From Lingula anatina (lineage: Eukaryota; Animalia; Brachiopoda): 64,000 nt of DNA. This document shows, one piece after another, positions 23,944 through 55,780 of this stretch (positions are counted from its first letter, which is position 1; every line of letters begins with the position of its first letter). Made by a program: the position numbers and the translations under genes. The notes beneath the pieces were generated by a model, which was given only the letters and a program-made list of their open reading frames with translations, was not told the DNA's origin and did no database searches. The DNA lies in the NCBI GenBank assembly GCA_051362555.1, contig CM120648.1, positions 11,342,587 through 11,406,586 of the forward strand, in the 5' to 3' direction.

Positions 23944-26900
23944 AAACAAGCCACCATGCTACGGGCTCTATAGTACCCCGTGCTCCCCGCCTCGTCAAAA
24001 AGGAGCAACGCAACGTCGAAGAATTAAAGTGCATGTACAACATACTGTATATATACATATACAGTATGTACAACATACTGTATATGTATATATAATACAT
24101 GTATAATTTGAGAGTAATTGCACGGATAATATTGAAAGCCCAAAGCCTATCTGAAACTGTGGCGAAAACAGCTAACAGAGCCTATACTTTGAGGGACAAT
24201 TGAAATCCCAGAATTAAAAAAAAAAAAAAAAAAAAAAAAAACAAGATCAGTTCACAGGAAGTTTTGTCTATAGCTTAATGTACTATATTAGACACCGTGA
24301 AAGCATGCTATTATTCTATGTTTAAACTGTTTTCTAGAAAATAAGCAGAACTGTAATTTGTCTGCTACAGAGCTGTTTCAAATAGGGAAGATCACACCAG
24401 CTGTCCCGGGCGCCATTTGAAAGGGGCGTCACTGACAAGGTTTACAAGAAATAACCTATTAATATTTATTATCCCAGAATTAATTGTCTTAATTTTATTT
24501 TATCATTTCTGAATAGTAAACATTTTCATCTACCCATGTGGATGTATAGTTACAAAGAATAAAGCTTCTTATTTGAAATGTGTGGCTTGACACGGCGCTG
24601 TTTTGAATTTTTTTGCCAGTATATTAAAAGAGAAAATTAATGTACATTTTATTGGGTCATAGCCAATTAGAGCAACCCATTGCAACAGTCCACGAGTTTC
24701 AATCACAACGTTCAACTTCTGGTTGCAATTTTACTGAATAAACTATTATTATTATTATTATTATTATTATGTTGCAATACAGCAACGTTTTAATATAAAA
24801 TAGTCTTTAATTAAAGATGCTTATTTTAGAGTAATTATTACATGAAATGAAAACACTACGTCGCAGCCAAGATCATAATCAGCCCATGCCTGACAACAAG
24901 AATACATTTTTGCCCTTCCTCCCACCCCCCTATGTCGTGAAATCTTTCATCCCCACCTAACGTTTAAATGTGTTTACTACGCGCCTATCGTGTTGTCCTA
25001 TCATGTCTCTTACATTATCAAAGGAAGCTGACTATCGAGAACTGGATCGCATTCAAAATGATTTGTGTATATATGTATTTGTATATCGAATTTTTTTCTT
25101 GCGCTTTTTTTCCAAAAAAAGTTTTCCTTTTTCTTTTTGATGCAAGCACAATTCTTACAACGGCTTCGGGGAATTTAAATATCCAGTAAAAATGGACACC
25201 ATCACTAAAAAGGTTTACATGTAAGTTTTTTGCACAGCAATGTGATTGCTGAACTACAGTTTATAAACAAAATCCTAGCATACACGTTCTTTTACTATGT
25301 GCTGCAGCAGGGGCGGATCCAGGATTATTTTAAGGGGGGGGGGGGGGTGCGCGGATGCAAAGCCGCTCTCTGTTGGTGTTTCAATGTTTGGGTTAAATTA
25401 TCCAGTTAATGGGGGGGGGGGGGCTATATGTATATGATGACTTTGCAACATTCGCTTCAAAATATTTTTTTAACCAATTAAGGTGACAGACGTGCGTGGG
25501 ACGAGATTTCCTGAGAGAGGCTCTACTCGCACCGTAGTCCGTACTCGGCCTACTAACCCATTACAGTGACGTCATATTTGCTCCGTAACACTAGTCCAGC
25601 AGCCATACTGGAGGGAAAGAACGACGGGGATTAGTAGCGTAAATATAGGTAAACCAAATAAAATAAACTAAAATGCATATCGCGATCAAGTACACCAAAA
25701 GGAAGAGTGTATATACATGTGAAAACTGCAGCTGATCAGCGGGATCGACCCATATAAACTCAGGACAGTCCAAAGACAAGAAATCCTGACTTATCCCAAC
25801 ATCGTGGAATTGTCAGAAGCTAGTTCAGTTATCTTGTACTTCATTTTTCTTGTTCACTGGATAATAACAGTTATAGTTTTAGAGAGTTTAATGTGTAATC
25901 ATAAGTTCAACCTTTCATAGAAGCAACTTTCTATATAAAGGATAGATGTAAGGAGAAATTTGAGCTGACCATTGGGATCGACCCTTTAGGACTCAAAGAA
26001 GACAGTATGCAGGGTTGTCTTATAACAAGAAATATTGCTGTCAGATATGATTTAACTGAACATCATGAAGCTGTCAGAAATTATTTCAGCATTCTTGTAC
26101 TTCATTTTGGTTCATTAGGAAGTACATGTAACATGGCTGTTGTTTGAGATTTCAACATTTTATTATGAATTCAACCATTCACATTAGCAACATTTTATTA
26201 TTAGTCCAGACATTCACAGAAGCAAGGCATTTTTCAAACTTATTAATTTATGATATCCAATGTAGCATAACAACAAGTCAGTTCATGAATTGATCTTCAT
26301 TTGATTAAAAATATAGGAAAATGCATCTTTTTGTATAAATAAAAGTTAACATAAAATGCAAAACATTGTTGACATTGTTGCACAATTCAATGACAGATTA
26401 TCAGGGTCCCTTTCCTTTCGGTTGATAACATTGACATGAAAAACATTTTCATACTTTTAATGATGCAATGCAACATGTACATGAGCATATTAAGTCAAAT
26501 CGAGTCACCATAATCTGAGAAACCTGTTTGGTATATTTTTATCTAAGTCTAGAGAAATGCTTGATTGAAGACTCACAATTGATATGTGCTGTGTGCAATA
26601 ATTGTGTGTAGGTGTGTTCATATAAGTCCTTAGATGGTGTTACTAAGCAGTTTGTAATTTCATTTAGGAGAATTCCACAACTGGTGGTCAAAATTTTAAA
26701 AAATGCACAACCTAGAAGAGCTAAATCTTTTCTTGATACAGGACAGCCATCTGTTTCTGCATATAAGACCATCTGTGAGAAGTGCAGCATACAAAGTATT
26801 ATATTTCCTGCAAACTTTTCCATTTTGCCTTTAAAAATATGAGAAAGAAAAAGTCTTTTCATTTCTTCTTGTGCTTCTGCTCACAATTTTAAATAAATAG

Positions 26901-27959
26901 AATACCTATCCTTGTTGTATGCAAGCTATCAGGATAACTTTAAAACGACAAATGAACAATTAAATAAACAAACAAATCCAATTAAATAACTCTTGTCATG
27001 TACTGAATTTCACTCTCCTGATGTTCAGATCCTGTCTCTTCAGCTGGTCACAAAGATATAAGAATATTCTTTTGCACCCAATCATTCAGTGTGGCTTGGT
27101 GGGAAAATGCCAGATCAATTTCCTAAATGTAAATTAACAAAAAAGGTAACAATAGTTATTTTTATTCATATTGTAACTTGAAATACAGTAGGAAAACACA
27201 GAATTTAACATTTTTCAAATTCATTTCATTAAGTTATATTTCAATTAAAAGATACCTGAGCTAGAATATATATACTTACAAAACAGATTTACTCTTAACA
27301 CTACACCAAATCTAAAATCAAGCCACTATAACTTCCAAATACACATGACACAGGTAATTGAATTAATTGGGCCAGCTGAGCTGTGTACAAATGTACATTG
27401 TACTGTAGCCTTGACACTAATTGACAATAATGCTAACCAGGTATTAAAGAGGTAGATGACAGCAGATAAAATCAGAAGAGCACCATAACTGATAACAAAT
27501 TACACCCAAGCCAATGAAGAGAGCCTTTATAATGTAAGTCGAAACCTTGCCAGGGTATTTCCACACGTTTTTACAACACACTCTCCACCCAAACTTTTTG
27601 GGCACTAGTAACATGCAGTGTACGTGCGCTCCAAACTTATACCCCTCGGTCTTTGGTTTTCTACTTTTTTTTCTTTTATGGTAAAGGCTGCACAGCTGGG
27701 TCTTCATTCTTTGCTGTAAAATAAATTAGTTTTATCCTTTACTTGTCCGATGAGTCTTGATTCAAAGCCACTCCTCGGTCTCTCCTCTGTTTACGATTTT
27801 CGTCCCTACACCTTGGATTGTTACCACTGCAGGCAGTCTGTGAACGCTTGTTAAATTAGTTATCTTCTCTCTATCATATACCCTGCAGTAATTCATCATT
27901 TTACTCGGTTTAATATCAAAGGAAACACAGAAATAAAATACTAAATTGTACATGTAGAC

Positions 27960-28398
27960 ATGATCATGCGCAGCAGACGATTCTGGTCTCCCTCCAGTAT
28001 GGCTGCCGTTTGTTTTGATGACGAGGGCTACAATGGGTTAACAGTACATGTAGGCCTACATGCGATCCGAGCGGTACGCAGGGTGAGAAGGTACTAATTA
28101 ACAATATACTAAGGTCCATTTTCTTACAAACTGGCCTCCTTCCTATCAACACGACACCGTTATTTCCAGGAACATTCTCAATCTGATAGTAAAGAGGTGA
28201 GCTCCAGTGAAACCATTTAGAAGATGTATGCCACTAATGCCACTTCCTGGTTGTGAATTAGCTTGGATGAAGTATCGCGAGATTTTACGAGAAATCAAAA
28301 ATAAACATGGAAGTACGGGCTGGTGTCCGTTGATCTTATGGGAATCCCCGATTTGCACACCCACTGCTCTTTAATGAGTCTCTGGATTGCGTTGTAGG
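27960..28398 (+). promoter_or_regulatory. Candidate promoter / non-coding first exon of ACK
   Basis: Locally CpG-enriched, contains a TCGCGAGA motif (~28275) and ends in a consensus donor TAG|GTAAGT. The ACK ATG exon has its own acceptor (TTTTCTAG at 36691), so an upstream exon is expected. The linkage is inferred. Confidence 0.4.
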
Positions 28399-28447
28399 TA
28401 AGTTAAAAGACAAACGGGCTGTTGTATCAGTTATTTGTCGGTTAGCA

Positions 28448-28448
<1 letters not shown>

Positions 28449-28518
<70 letters not shown>
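28449..28518. repeat. (CT)n microsatellite
   Basis: Seen directly. Confidence 0.95.
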
Positions 28519-28521
<3 letters not shown>

Positions 28522-29128
28522 GAGTCACAAGCACACACACACACACACACGCACCCACACATGGTGTCTGGGTATTAGAAATTAGCATCGGATAATTACT
28601 CATAGTGTTGAAGCAATCCATATCATAAATTAATAAGTTACCAGGTTTTAATAGTTATAATATATCCTGTTTTATACTAATAGAAATGGGGCTTCAGGAC
28701 CCCCTCCGTCTTTCTGTTATTACCTTATTTTTCCCCACCCTAAGAAAGACCAGCAAGTTTGATTTGAAAAGACTGTCCAAAATATGCAGCTATGGATAAA
28801 TTATCCTGAATAAGGACTCACAGACTGTTGATTTAGCAAGCTCATTATGATTATAAGAATGAGTCACTATAATTTCTCAAGGATTTTTATTGCCCATTAA
28901 TGGCATACTAGTTTTGAAGGTTTAGAAGAGTCATGACAGTCATTGATTTAAAAGGGCAAAATCTTAGCATATGCTGCATAAATCTTCTCAGTAGTGCTAC
29001 TCAGACATATGACTATAGCTTTTAACTGGCAAAAAAATTAGGCACTTCCAGGTAATGCACTTGTTGACCCAGTGAACCAGAAATTGTATACCATATTTCA
29101 AAATACTACACCAAATGTTTGAGTTTAA

Positions 29129-29320
29129 GGGACCGTTCACATGGAAAGTCTGTTTTCTAAAACTCTATTTTCTATTCGCGGTATCTTGTGATCACGGAAG
29201 TAACTGGCTCGTGCTGCCAGTAATTACGCCGCGGGATATTCAGGGCACAGACCGTGATCACAAGATACCGCGAATAGAAAATAGATTTTTAGAAAATAGA
29301 CTTTCCATGTGAACGGTCCC
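29129..29320. mobile_element. PIF/Harbinger-type MITE, family A, copy 3
   Basis: TAA|GGGACCGTTCACATGGAAAG...CTTTCCATGTGAACGGTCCC|TAA. Confidence 0.88.
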
Positions 29321-29589
29321 TAATTCTGTCTGCCTTAAATTATGAACTTTAAGAGAAGAAGGTACTTGTATGTACCTAAGAGTGAAATAAGGTTTATTTG
29401 GATTTACTGAAACATGGTGGAGGGTTTGATAGTATATATGGGGGCATATCTATTTCTTATACATCTTGTTATTAATTTGATTATTTCTTATATATGAAAA
29501 TGTATTAAATAGTATTGATTTGTACTGTTCAGTCATACTGTGGTAAAAATTAAGTAGCAGCAGTAACAACTTGCAGGCTTTACATGCAG

Positions 29590-29650
<61 letters not shown>

Positions 29651-32600
29651 CAAACATTTTAGATGAAAATAAAATACATGTTATAGTAAAATATGTGAAC
29701 AATTGTGTGATATCAGTTCAATGTATATTGATGATTTAAGTCCTTACCTTGTCACTTGCACTCTAATTCTAGACTGTATACTGAGTGACAAATTAAATTT
29801 CATGCTGAACTTCTAATTGGACACGGAAGAAAAAATGTCTTTAACTTGAAAAATGATATTTAGACCATTCTGTACCATACAGTAATATTAATTTGTGGCT
29901 CTCACAGTAGAGAATTGTAAACAGCCAGAGATATATATGTGAATATACTAGTATGGTAAAAAATCTTGAAAAATCAGTGGCCCTGCCACTGAGGTTTTTG
30001 ATTCTCGGGGTGTCCTCAGATTAAGGAACAGGAAATTCTGGAGCCAGATGTATTTAAACATAAACCTGACCAGCAGATGATGCAGTACTTGTCTGTAGCC
30101 TGGCTCTCTGCCCAGCTTTCTTTACCAAGATTAAGATACTACCTGGTGAGCCAAATGTTTGCGATAAAAGTCCGACCAGGCTATCCTTCTTAAAAGATAT
30201 TAGCAGTGTACTTCTTCATCCATATTCTTTAGCGGTTATGACTAAATTACCATCATGGATACAACATCTGTTTTATCCGAATGTTTTGTGGCAATTTTTG
30301 ATATACCATAAAAGCAGGTAAAACTACAAGGAATGGCCAGGATTTTTTTCGCACCCTGTAGCCAACAAGATGCACCCATGAAGTAGTGCTTACTAGTACC
30401 TTGGTGTAGGGTTCAGTGTAGGGAGAGTGTTATTCAGTAGAGAGATGTCTGTGTTTGCCGTGTAAGAGTCGTATTAGCAGATCTTTATCTTCACCATGGG
30501 GATGACATTCTCTCAGCAGCCTCTTCAAGATGAGGAGGAGGAGGAGGAAAAGGGGGAGGGTGCTGAGGAGGGAGGTGTGGATGAGATGGGAGAGGTGAAC
30601 TGTAGAGTATCTGTGGATGAGGGGTAGGTTTGTACCAGACCTTAGCACCTAGATCTGCAGTATGCTTTAAATCACTGGCTACTAACTAGTAGAGATGGTT
30701 GAATAGACATATTTACAAAGAAAGGTTTAGCAGTGATACAAACTTTTTTGCTATATATTACTCATTCGGGGTCATCGTTACAGCCAAATGCTAAATCATT
30801 GTGACACATTCTACATTGGGGCTGAGAGAACCACACATTCATAACAGTTTCGATTATAACCTGTTCATTTCAAACCACAGGAAGTAGATGTGTGGTAGTT
30901 AAGTCCCCATAAGATGTAATCCATCCGTTAGTTCAATGAATGGTAGAGGAGATATTTATGTGGTGGTACATTGTGATGGAGCGGCCCAGTTAAGTGTGTA
31001 CGTTCTTACTGAAGTTGGAAGTAAAATCTTACAAAATGCTGATGCTCCCTGGTCTTTCTTCCTAAGATTACCAGTGATACAAGGTGATTGGTCTCCTCTC
31101 TTATTCCCCGTCCTGTTCTTTTCACTGTCAGCAGCCCTGATATGAGTACTAGTAGTATCTTTGTCTGCCAATTGAGGGCACCACTGTTTGTATTTGAGTA
31201 TGCACTCGCATATAACTGAAGTGTAATTTTAATTGTAAGCTTGCAAAAATTAAAAGACGAAGAGGGGCAGGAGGAGGGGGGGGAGGTTAAATGGCTACTG
31301 AGGTCATTTGGAAACTATTTCCTTTGAAAAAAAAAGGATAGCTTTAGGCTGTTTTAACATGTTTACTCAGTCAAGAAGGCAGCCCACAATGTTTAATTAT
31401 TTCCTGTTAAAAAATAGAGGTGTTTTTAAATTGCATTAATTTTAACACTTATAGTTATAGCTATTTGCCAGGTCATTGTCATTTCCTTTGACTAAGTGTT
31501 ATTCCCGAAGACTACTGTACTAGTACTTGTTTTACATACTTAGTAATGGAATTCTGCCACAAGCAGAAGAAGTAAAAACATGTACTAGTATGTCACTATG
31601 ATCACACTGAAAAATTACTCTGTATGGTCAAAACTCTCTAGTATTTTTAACAACATGTGGTGTTGATTTATTAAGGAAACCACAAAAAAGGCAGTTCTCT
31701 GTTAAATTTTACCAAGGAAATGATGGTTATTGTAGGTGTTTGAGGACAAGTTTGATTGTTGATATCAGAAATAGATTTTAGGAATGAAGCTTCTCTCTGT
31801 CTTGTTTAGAACTGCCTTTTGTTTAGAAGTGTTGTTTTCTTCACTTTGGTTGGTTACATAACACAGTCGCTGAGTGGCAGTAAAACAAAACTCTTTTTTC
31901 AATTATTTGCATATAATATATTGTTCATAGCATTTCATATCTAGCTCCCAGTACTAGAAAGCACTCCATAAATATTTAATAATTTGCAGCAGAAAATGTA
32001 TTTTTTTAAGTAATACAAACGTTTTCCATATGTTTGTGCTGACTTTCAATTTCATGTAACCGGAAGATCACAAAGATGCTTTAAAGTTTAGGAAATGGTG
32101 AACTGTATATTACTCATGTTATGTGATGGGGTATATGGATTCACAAATCCCCTGATATTCGTCATGCTGTCAGACGAAGGAAGTAATTTTGTCTAGTCAT
32201 GTGACCAGTCACCTTATCTGGTTATGTCTGATTAATGGCAGACAGCATAAAACTAGAATTAGTACATTAAGGATATATGGCTATTACCAAAGGCTGGTAT
32301 GTCATGATAATTCAAAATGTACATAGTTCTGCATGAAATAATGAATCATCTGCAAGTGAATCGTTTGCATTAAAAAAAGGTAGAAAATGGAAGTGAAGGA
32401 AATTGTTTGGTATATAATTTATTTCTTATATGGTACATTTCAGATCCGTGTATCTAATAATGTAAAACCATAAGACTGTTTATGATATAGAATAGAAACA
32501 AGCAATGAATAATCAGTTTGAAAGATTAATAAAACGAGATCCAGTTCCAATGTGTGTTATTAGTAGCCATTTTTCTAACCAAAATTGATGATAAGTAGGC

Positions 32601-35600
32601 AAAACATCATTCAGCATTTGCTGACCATTTGAAAGTCTAGTCAGGGCTGTTACTGTTCAAATTGCATTGAGGTTGACATTAATATGCTGACTTTAATTAC
32701 AAATTAGTTGGGTGTGAACAGCACTGCAGTTAGACTTGTTACATCTGTGATGACATCACACATCAAAGAGGCCCTTGCTTGGCTGTCATCTGTCACTGTA
32801 GTCATTAGGGTAGGTCTTGTCTGCATTGGACTTGTTGCCCCTCATTTTCAACCCTTACCCACACCCTTACACCCTTAGTAAATGGCAATTGTATTTTTCT
32901 TAGTTTTGTTTTATTGCTCTTTTTGACTTGTTACAGTTTCCTTGGAGTCATTTAAGGTTATTTATTTGATTTTGCACATCAATGCTGTTAGAACAAGGGG
33001 TGACAACTTTTTCTTCTTCTAATTTTTTAACTCTTTTGCTTACAGTACTTGGTAACTACTCTTCTCAATTATTAGGACTACAATTTGTATTTTTGTAAGG
33101 TTGATTGTTTCTTAACAGGGTATCAACTTAGATGTTTGATAGTATACCAAGTGTTGCCTTTTTTATTCCAGGGTTTATTTGACAAGGACTTTGTCTTCTT
33201 TACCTTGAGATATATTTCAGTTATGTAAACAGGCACTTATTGGAATCCTCAGCTAATTTATCATATCAGTGCCAAAGTAGATAAACTTGGTGTATGCCCT
33301 GGCTTATTGAATACATGTTGTTGTACGAAAAGCTTGTACTTGTAAGCATGTTTTGTGTGTGTGTGTGTGTGGGTGCGTGCGCATGCATGAATACCAAATA
33401 AACACCACTGTAGACTCATATTGGTGGTAGTAACAAAAAAGAAATAATGATAAAAAAATGAAAAAAAAATATATTGCATCGGACCATCAACTCTGTGAGT
33501 ACTGAAGCTTTGTAGTCTCTCATAACTTTCAAATTCATACTCATATTCAGATTGTGTCAATTGGTTATTTTGTTGAAATAAAGCCAAGGAAATGAAAGTG
33601 ATTTTGCATCTTCTACTTCCAGGTTCAGAGCATTCATTTTGTGCATTTTGATTGTAAGTACTTGAAAGAAAAATATTGCCAGCTCTTTGTTTTGAGATGA
33701 TAAGATTTGATTTTCAAGAAGAATTTGAAGCACACACTCAATTATAATTATAAAGAAAGTAAAAAATACCATCTGTAAGGGAAAATGAATACGCCATAGC
33801 ATGAATTGATGCTAAAATTATTGAAACTAAGGTCAAACAACTTTTCTATTCACTCAAGAACTGTTCACACTTGGTCCAGTTATAAATTCATGTCTTTATT
33901 TAGCTCTAAATAAAAGCACCCTGGTCCATTACAATACACCTCACCTTGTTTACTCTGCATTTATGTTGTTATTATTACTGTAAATAATTCCCTGTCCACA
34001 GCCCGAGATAAAGCAATTTGAGGTGATTTAATTATTATGATAATGAGTAATCAACAGCTTGCACTGAAGTGGAGGAGAAATGAAACGGGGAGTTTGATCG
34101 CGTGACCATAAATCAATATTTTAACCAAACATACTAAAAACCATGAACAGGGTTTAATTTCTCATTTGACATGGTATAAATATCAAAGGACTTTACATTA
34201 TTGATTCAGTGTCATATATATACTTTGATCGTTTGTTTGAAAGGACTTTTGAGTTTAAAACTAGGACCGAGTTTATCCTTAGCAGAGACCACCCCTTTTC
34301 TTTCCTCAGTGCTGTACGTGATGTAGATATCAGTGATACATGGGCCCTTATCGGCACAACACCACGCGGCACTCGGTTAGGGACAGATGCTGGTATTGTG
34401 ATGCTCAAACTGCTGGCACAGGGGTCTTGTTTGCATTATGATTATTTTCAAATATTCCGTGTCAGTGAATCTGGGGCATCCGTTTAAAAACTGTTCTAGA
34501 AACTACCTCTGCTGAAAAGTGCCACAGTATATAGTGAAGCATAGGCTAGGATCCAGTGGAAGATTGATTGCACATCATCGGTTATTACTAGTACGTTGTT
34601 CCCTTCATATGTTTACCAAGGATAAGTGAACAATAGTTCTCCCAAGGGACTAAGCCGAGAAACAGAAGAGTTTGCTTGCAGAAGGAAATTTATCATCGGT
34701 AACGAAGAAAAAAAGATGCGAAAACACGAAGTATGGTTATATTATTGTCTTGATCTGCAGCAAGTTACATGATCTATAGATCTTCCGACATTTCTAGGAA
34801 TGATTACTAGATCAGCTTCCTGGTAGTGTGTTTTGCTAGGAAAGAGACGGATCTCTATGTGTATGTACATTTCCAAGAAAACCTTGAAATTTTTCCAACA
34901 GATGACCAGCAAGAATTAGGATATATTTTTGATAAATCATGGAACTGGGTGTACTAATTGGAGAGTGAGTCTTGTTATTTATTTATTTATTTATTTATTG
35001 TACATTTGTATCAGATGTAAGTTGCACTTAACCACTTAATACTATTTTCGTACATTTACAGACATTGTCATCCCTTGGCCACATATAGCAGTCTTTACTC
35101 CATGATGTGGTTCACTTTGATCTCATTAAATAAAATTAATGTATAATACTTGGCTGATATTGGTTGGTAAAGTGACATATTATCAGCTACATGCCACAGT
35201 TGGTTTCCTCTTCCTTCCTACTTGACTTTTCCTGTGGTGAAAGCTGTAACATAATAAAGATAAAATTTCTCATTAAAAAGTCTGCAACATGCTGATGGAT
35301 ACTCTGTCCTAAATGTGGTCGTAGCCAAACTATTGTGGTCATTTTAGTGATTTGAGGAATGGATGATGAGTGTTAAACTCTTAACAAAGTTTTTTTATCT
35401 TTCAGGTCAGATAAAATTGATAAATTGGTTAATAAGCACCATCTTATTGTCAGGAAATTGATTTTTTTTTTTTTTTTTTTTTTTTTTGTAATAGAAAAAA
35501 AAATCAATGGAAGCTGGTTTGGTTAAGTAGGAAAAATTTACAATGGGCCCCCTGAAAAATGTTTGATGCTGTTTTTTGAGATCTAAAGTTGTGGATTTAA

Positions 35601-36707
35601 CATTACAACTTGCTTTAAATAAAAAATAAAAAAATAATGGACCCTGAAATTTAGCTACCATTATAGTTTTAACTTAAAAGCAACAGGTATATATATTAAA
35701 AGAAAACAAAAATAATTTTCACCGACCAAACCTATTTACAAAGTTACTGCTCATTAGCCATCTTCATAGCTTATCATTTTTATCTGAACTCAAAAGATAA
35801 TTTAGATTTTAGGTATACAAGTTGTCCCCATATGTCCTCACAAATGTGTTATACAGATTACTTTGACCCCAAAACTTGTCTTTTGAAAAATAAAAATAAT
35901 ACATGTGACTCACGCTTGAGTCACACATGTCATTTGTTGGAAGGAAAAGTGTCTGCAGCACGTATGTTGCCAACCTTTCGCCAGTTTAGGTGACAGGCTA
36001 ATGAGCATCTGGAACAGGCAATTAATTTCATAGCAGAAAAAGACAGTAAAATGCAAGTTCCTGTATTTGATTGTTCATAGTGTTTATTTTTAGGACTTAA
36101 GACCTTTGGGCAGCAAAAATTATTTTTTTCTGGAATCTTCATTTTTCCTTTATTCGTCAAATTATCAAATATGTCAAAAAGCCTTCACAAGTTCACAGAC
36201 TTATGATTCATTAAAATTCTTGTTTTTGAGTCAATCTGGTAGCAGAGTTAGAGGCTGCCTACCTTTACTTGTGTTGGTGTAAGTGAGAGATTTAGAACTT
36301 GAAAAAAATTTAAAGAAAACTATTTTCTCAATAGTTTTGATGAGGTAAGTCTAATACACATTGTGTGTATCCCTTACTGTTGCGGTGACCGTACCATTTA
36401 CAACTCGGAAACTGTCTTGGAGAATATAATGTGTTTTTACTGCATAAATAAATGTGAACAGAAACTAAATTAAGTTGATTTGAACTGAAACTGATAAAAA
36501 CTAATGAAAACATAAAACTATAAGGGCGGGATCTCAACTTTATACATGAGTGACACGAACACATCTCACTGACTACTCTCACTTGTCACTACTACATGTG
36601 TTGCAGTTACACTTACTATAGTATTACTATACTGTAGTGTAAGTTGTGCGGTTAAGACATGTATCAGAAAATTGTATTTTGTTTTTTCTAGTGCCGAGTT
36701 AGTTGCC

Positions 36708-55577
<18,870 letters not shown>

Positions 55578-55624
55578 CAGTGAGGGTGGCTGCACAATGG
55601 TGTATATTATATTTTATTATATAT

Positions 55625-55780
55625 CAGGCCCGTAACCAGGGGGGTTTCGAAAGCACCCTTTTTGTCAGAAAAAGGTCCACTCTGAGCAAAATTTGATCTA
55701 GGTATACAAAGATTTCATTATAAAAGGTCCACTTTTTTAGGAAAAAGAACCCCCTTTTGAAATTGCTGGCTACAGGCCTG
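55625..55780. mobile_element. MITE family E, complete copy just 3' of the ACK stop codon
   Basis: CAGGCCCGTAACCAG...CTGGCTACAGGCCTG. Confidence 0.75.

Noticed and set aside
24216-24241. Poly(A) tail indicating that the GPCR is a recent retrocopy
   Set aside because: Long A/T homopolymers are frequent in this window, no TSD is seen, and the ORF has a splice acceptor just upstream of its ATG.
30200-31170. Possible decayed LINE fragment (similarly 43560-43900 and 47040-47420)
   Set aside because: Too degenerate to assign by eye, with no unambiguous RT or endonuclease motif. It would need RepeatMasker or blastx.
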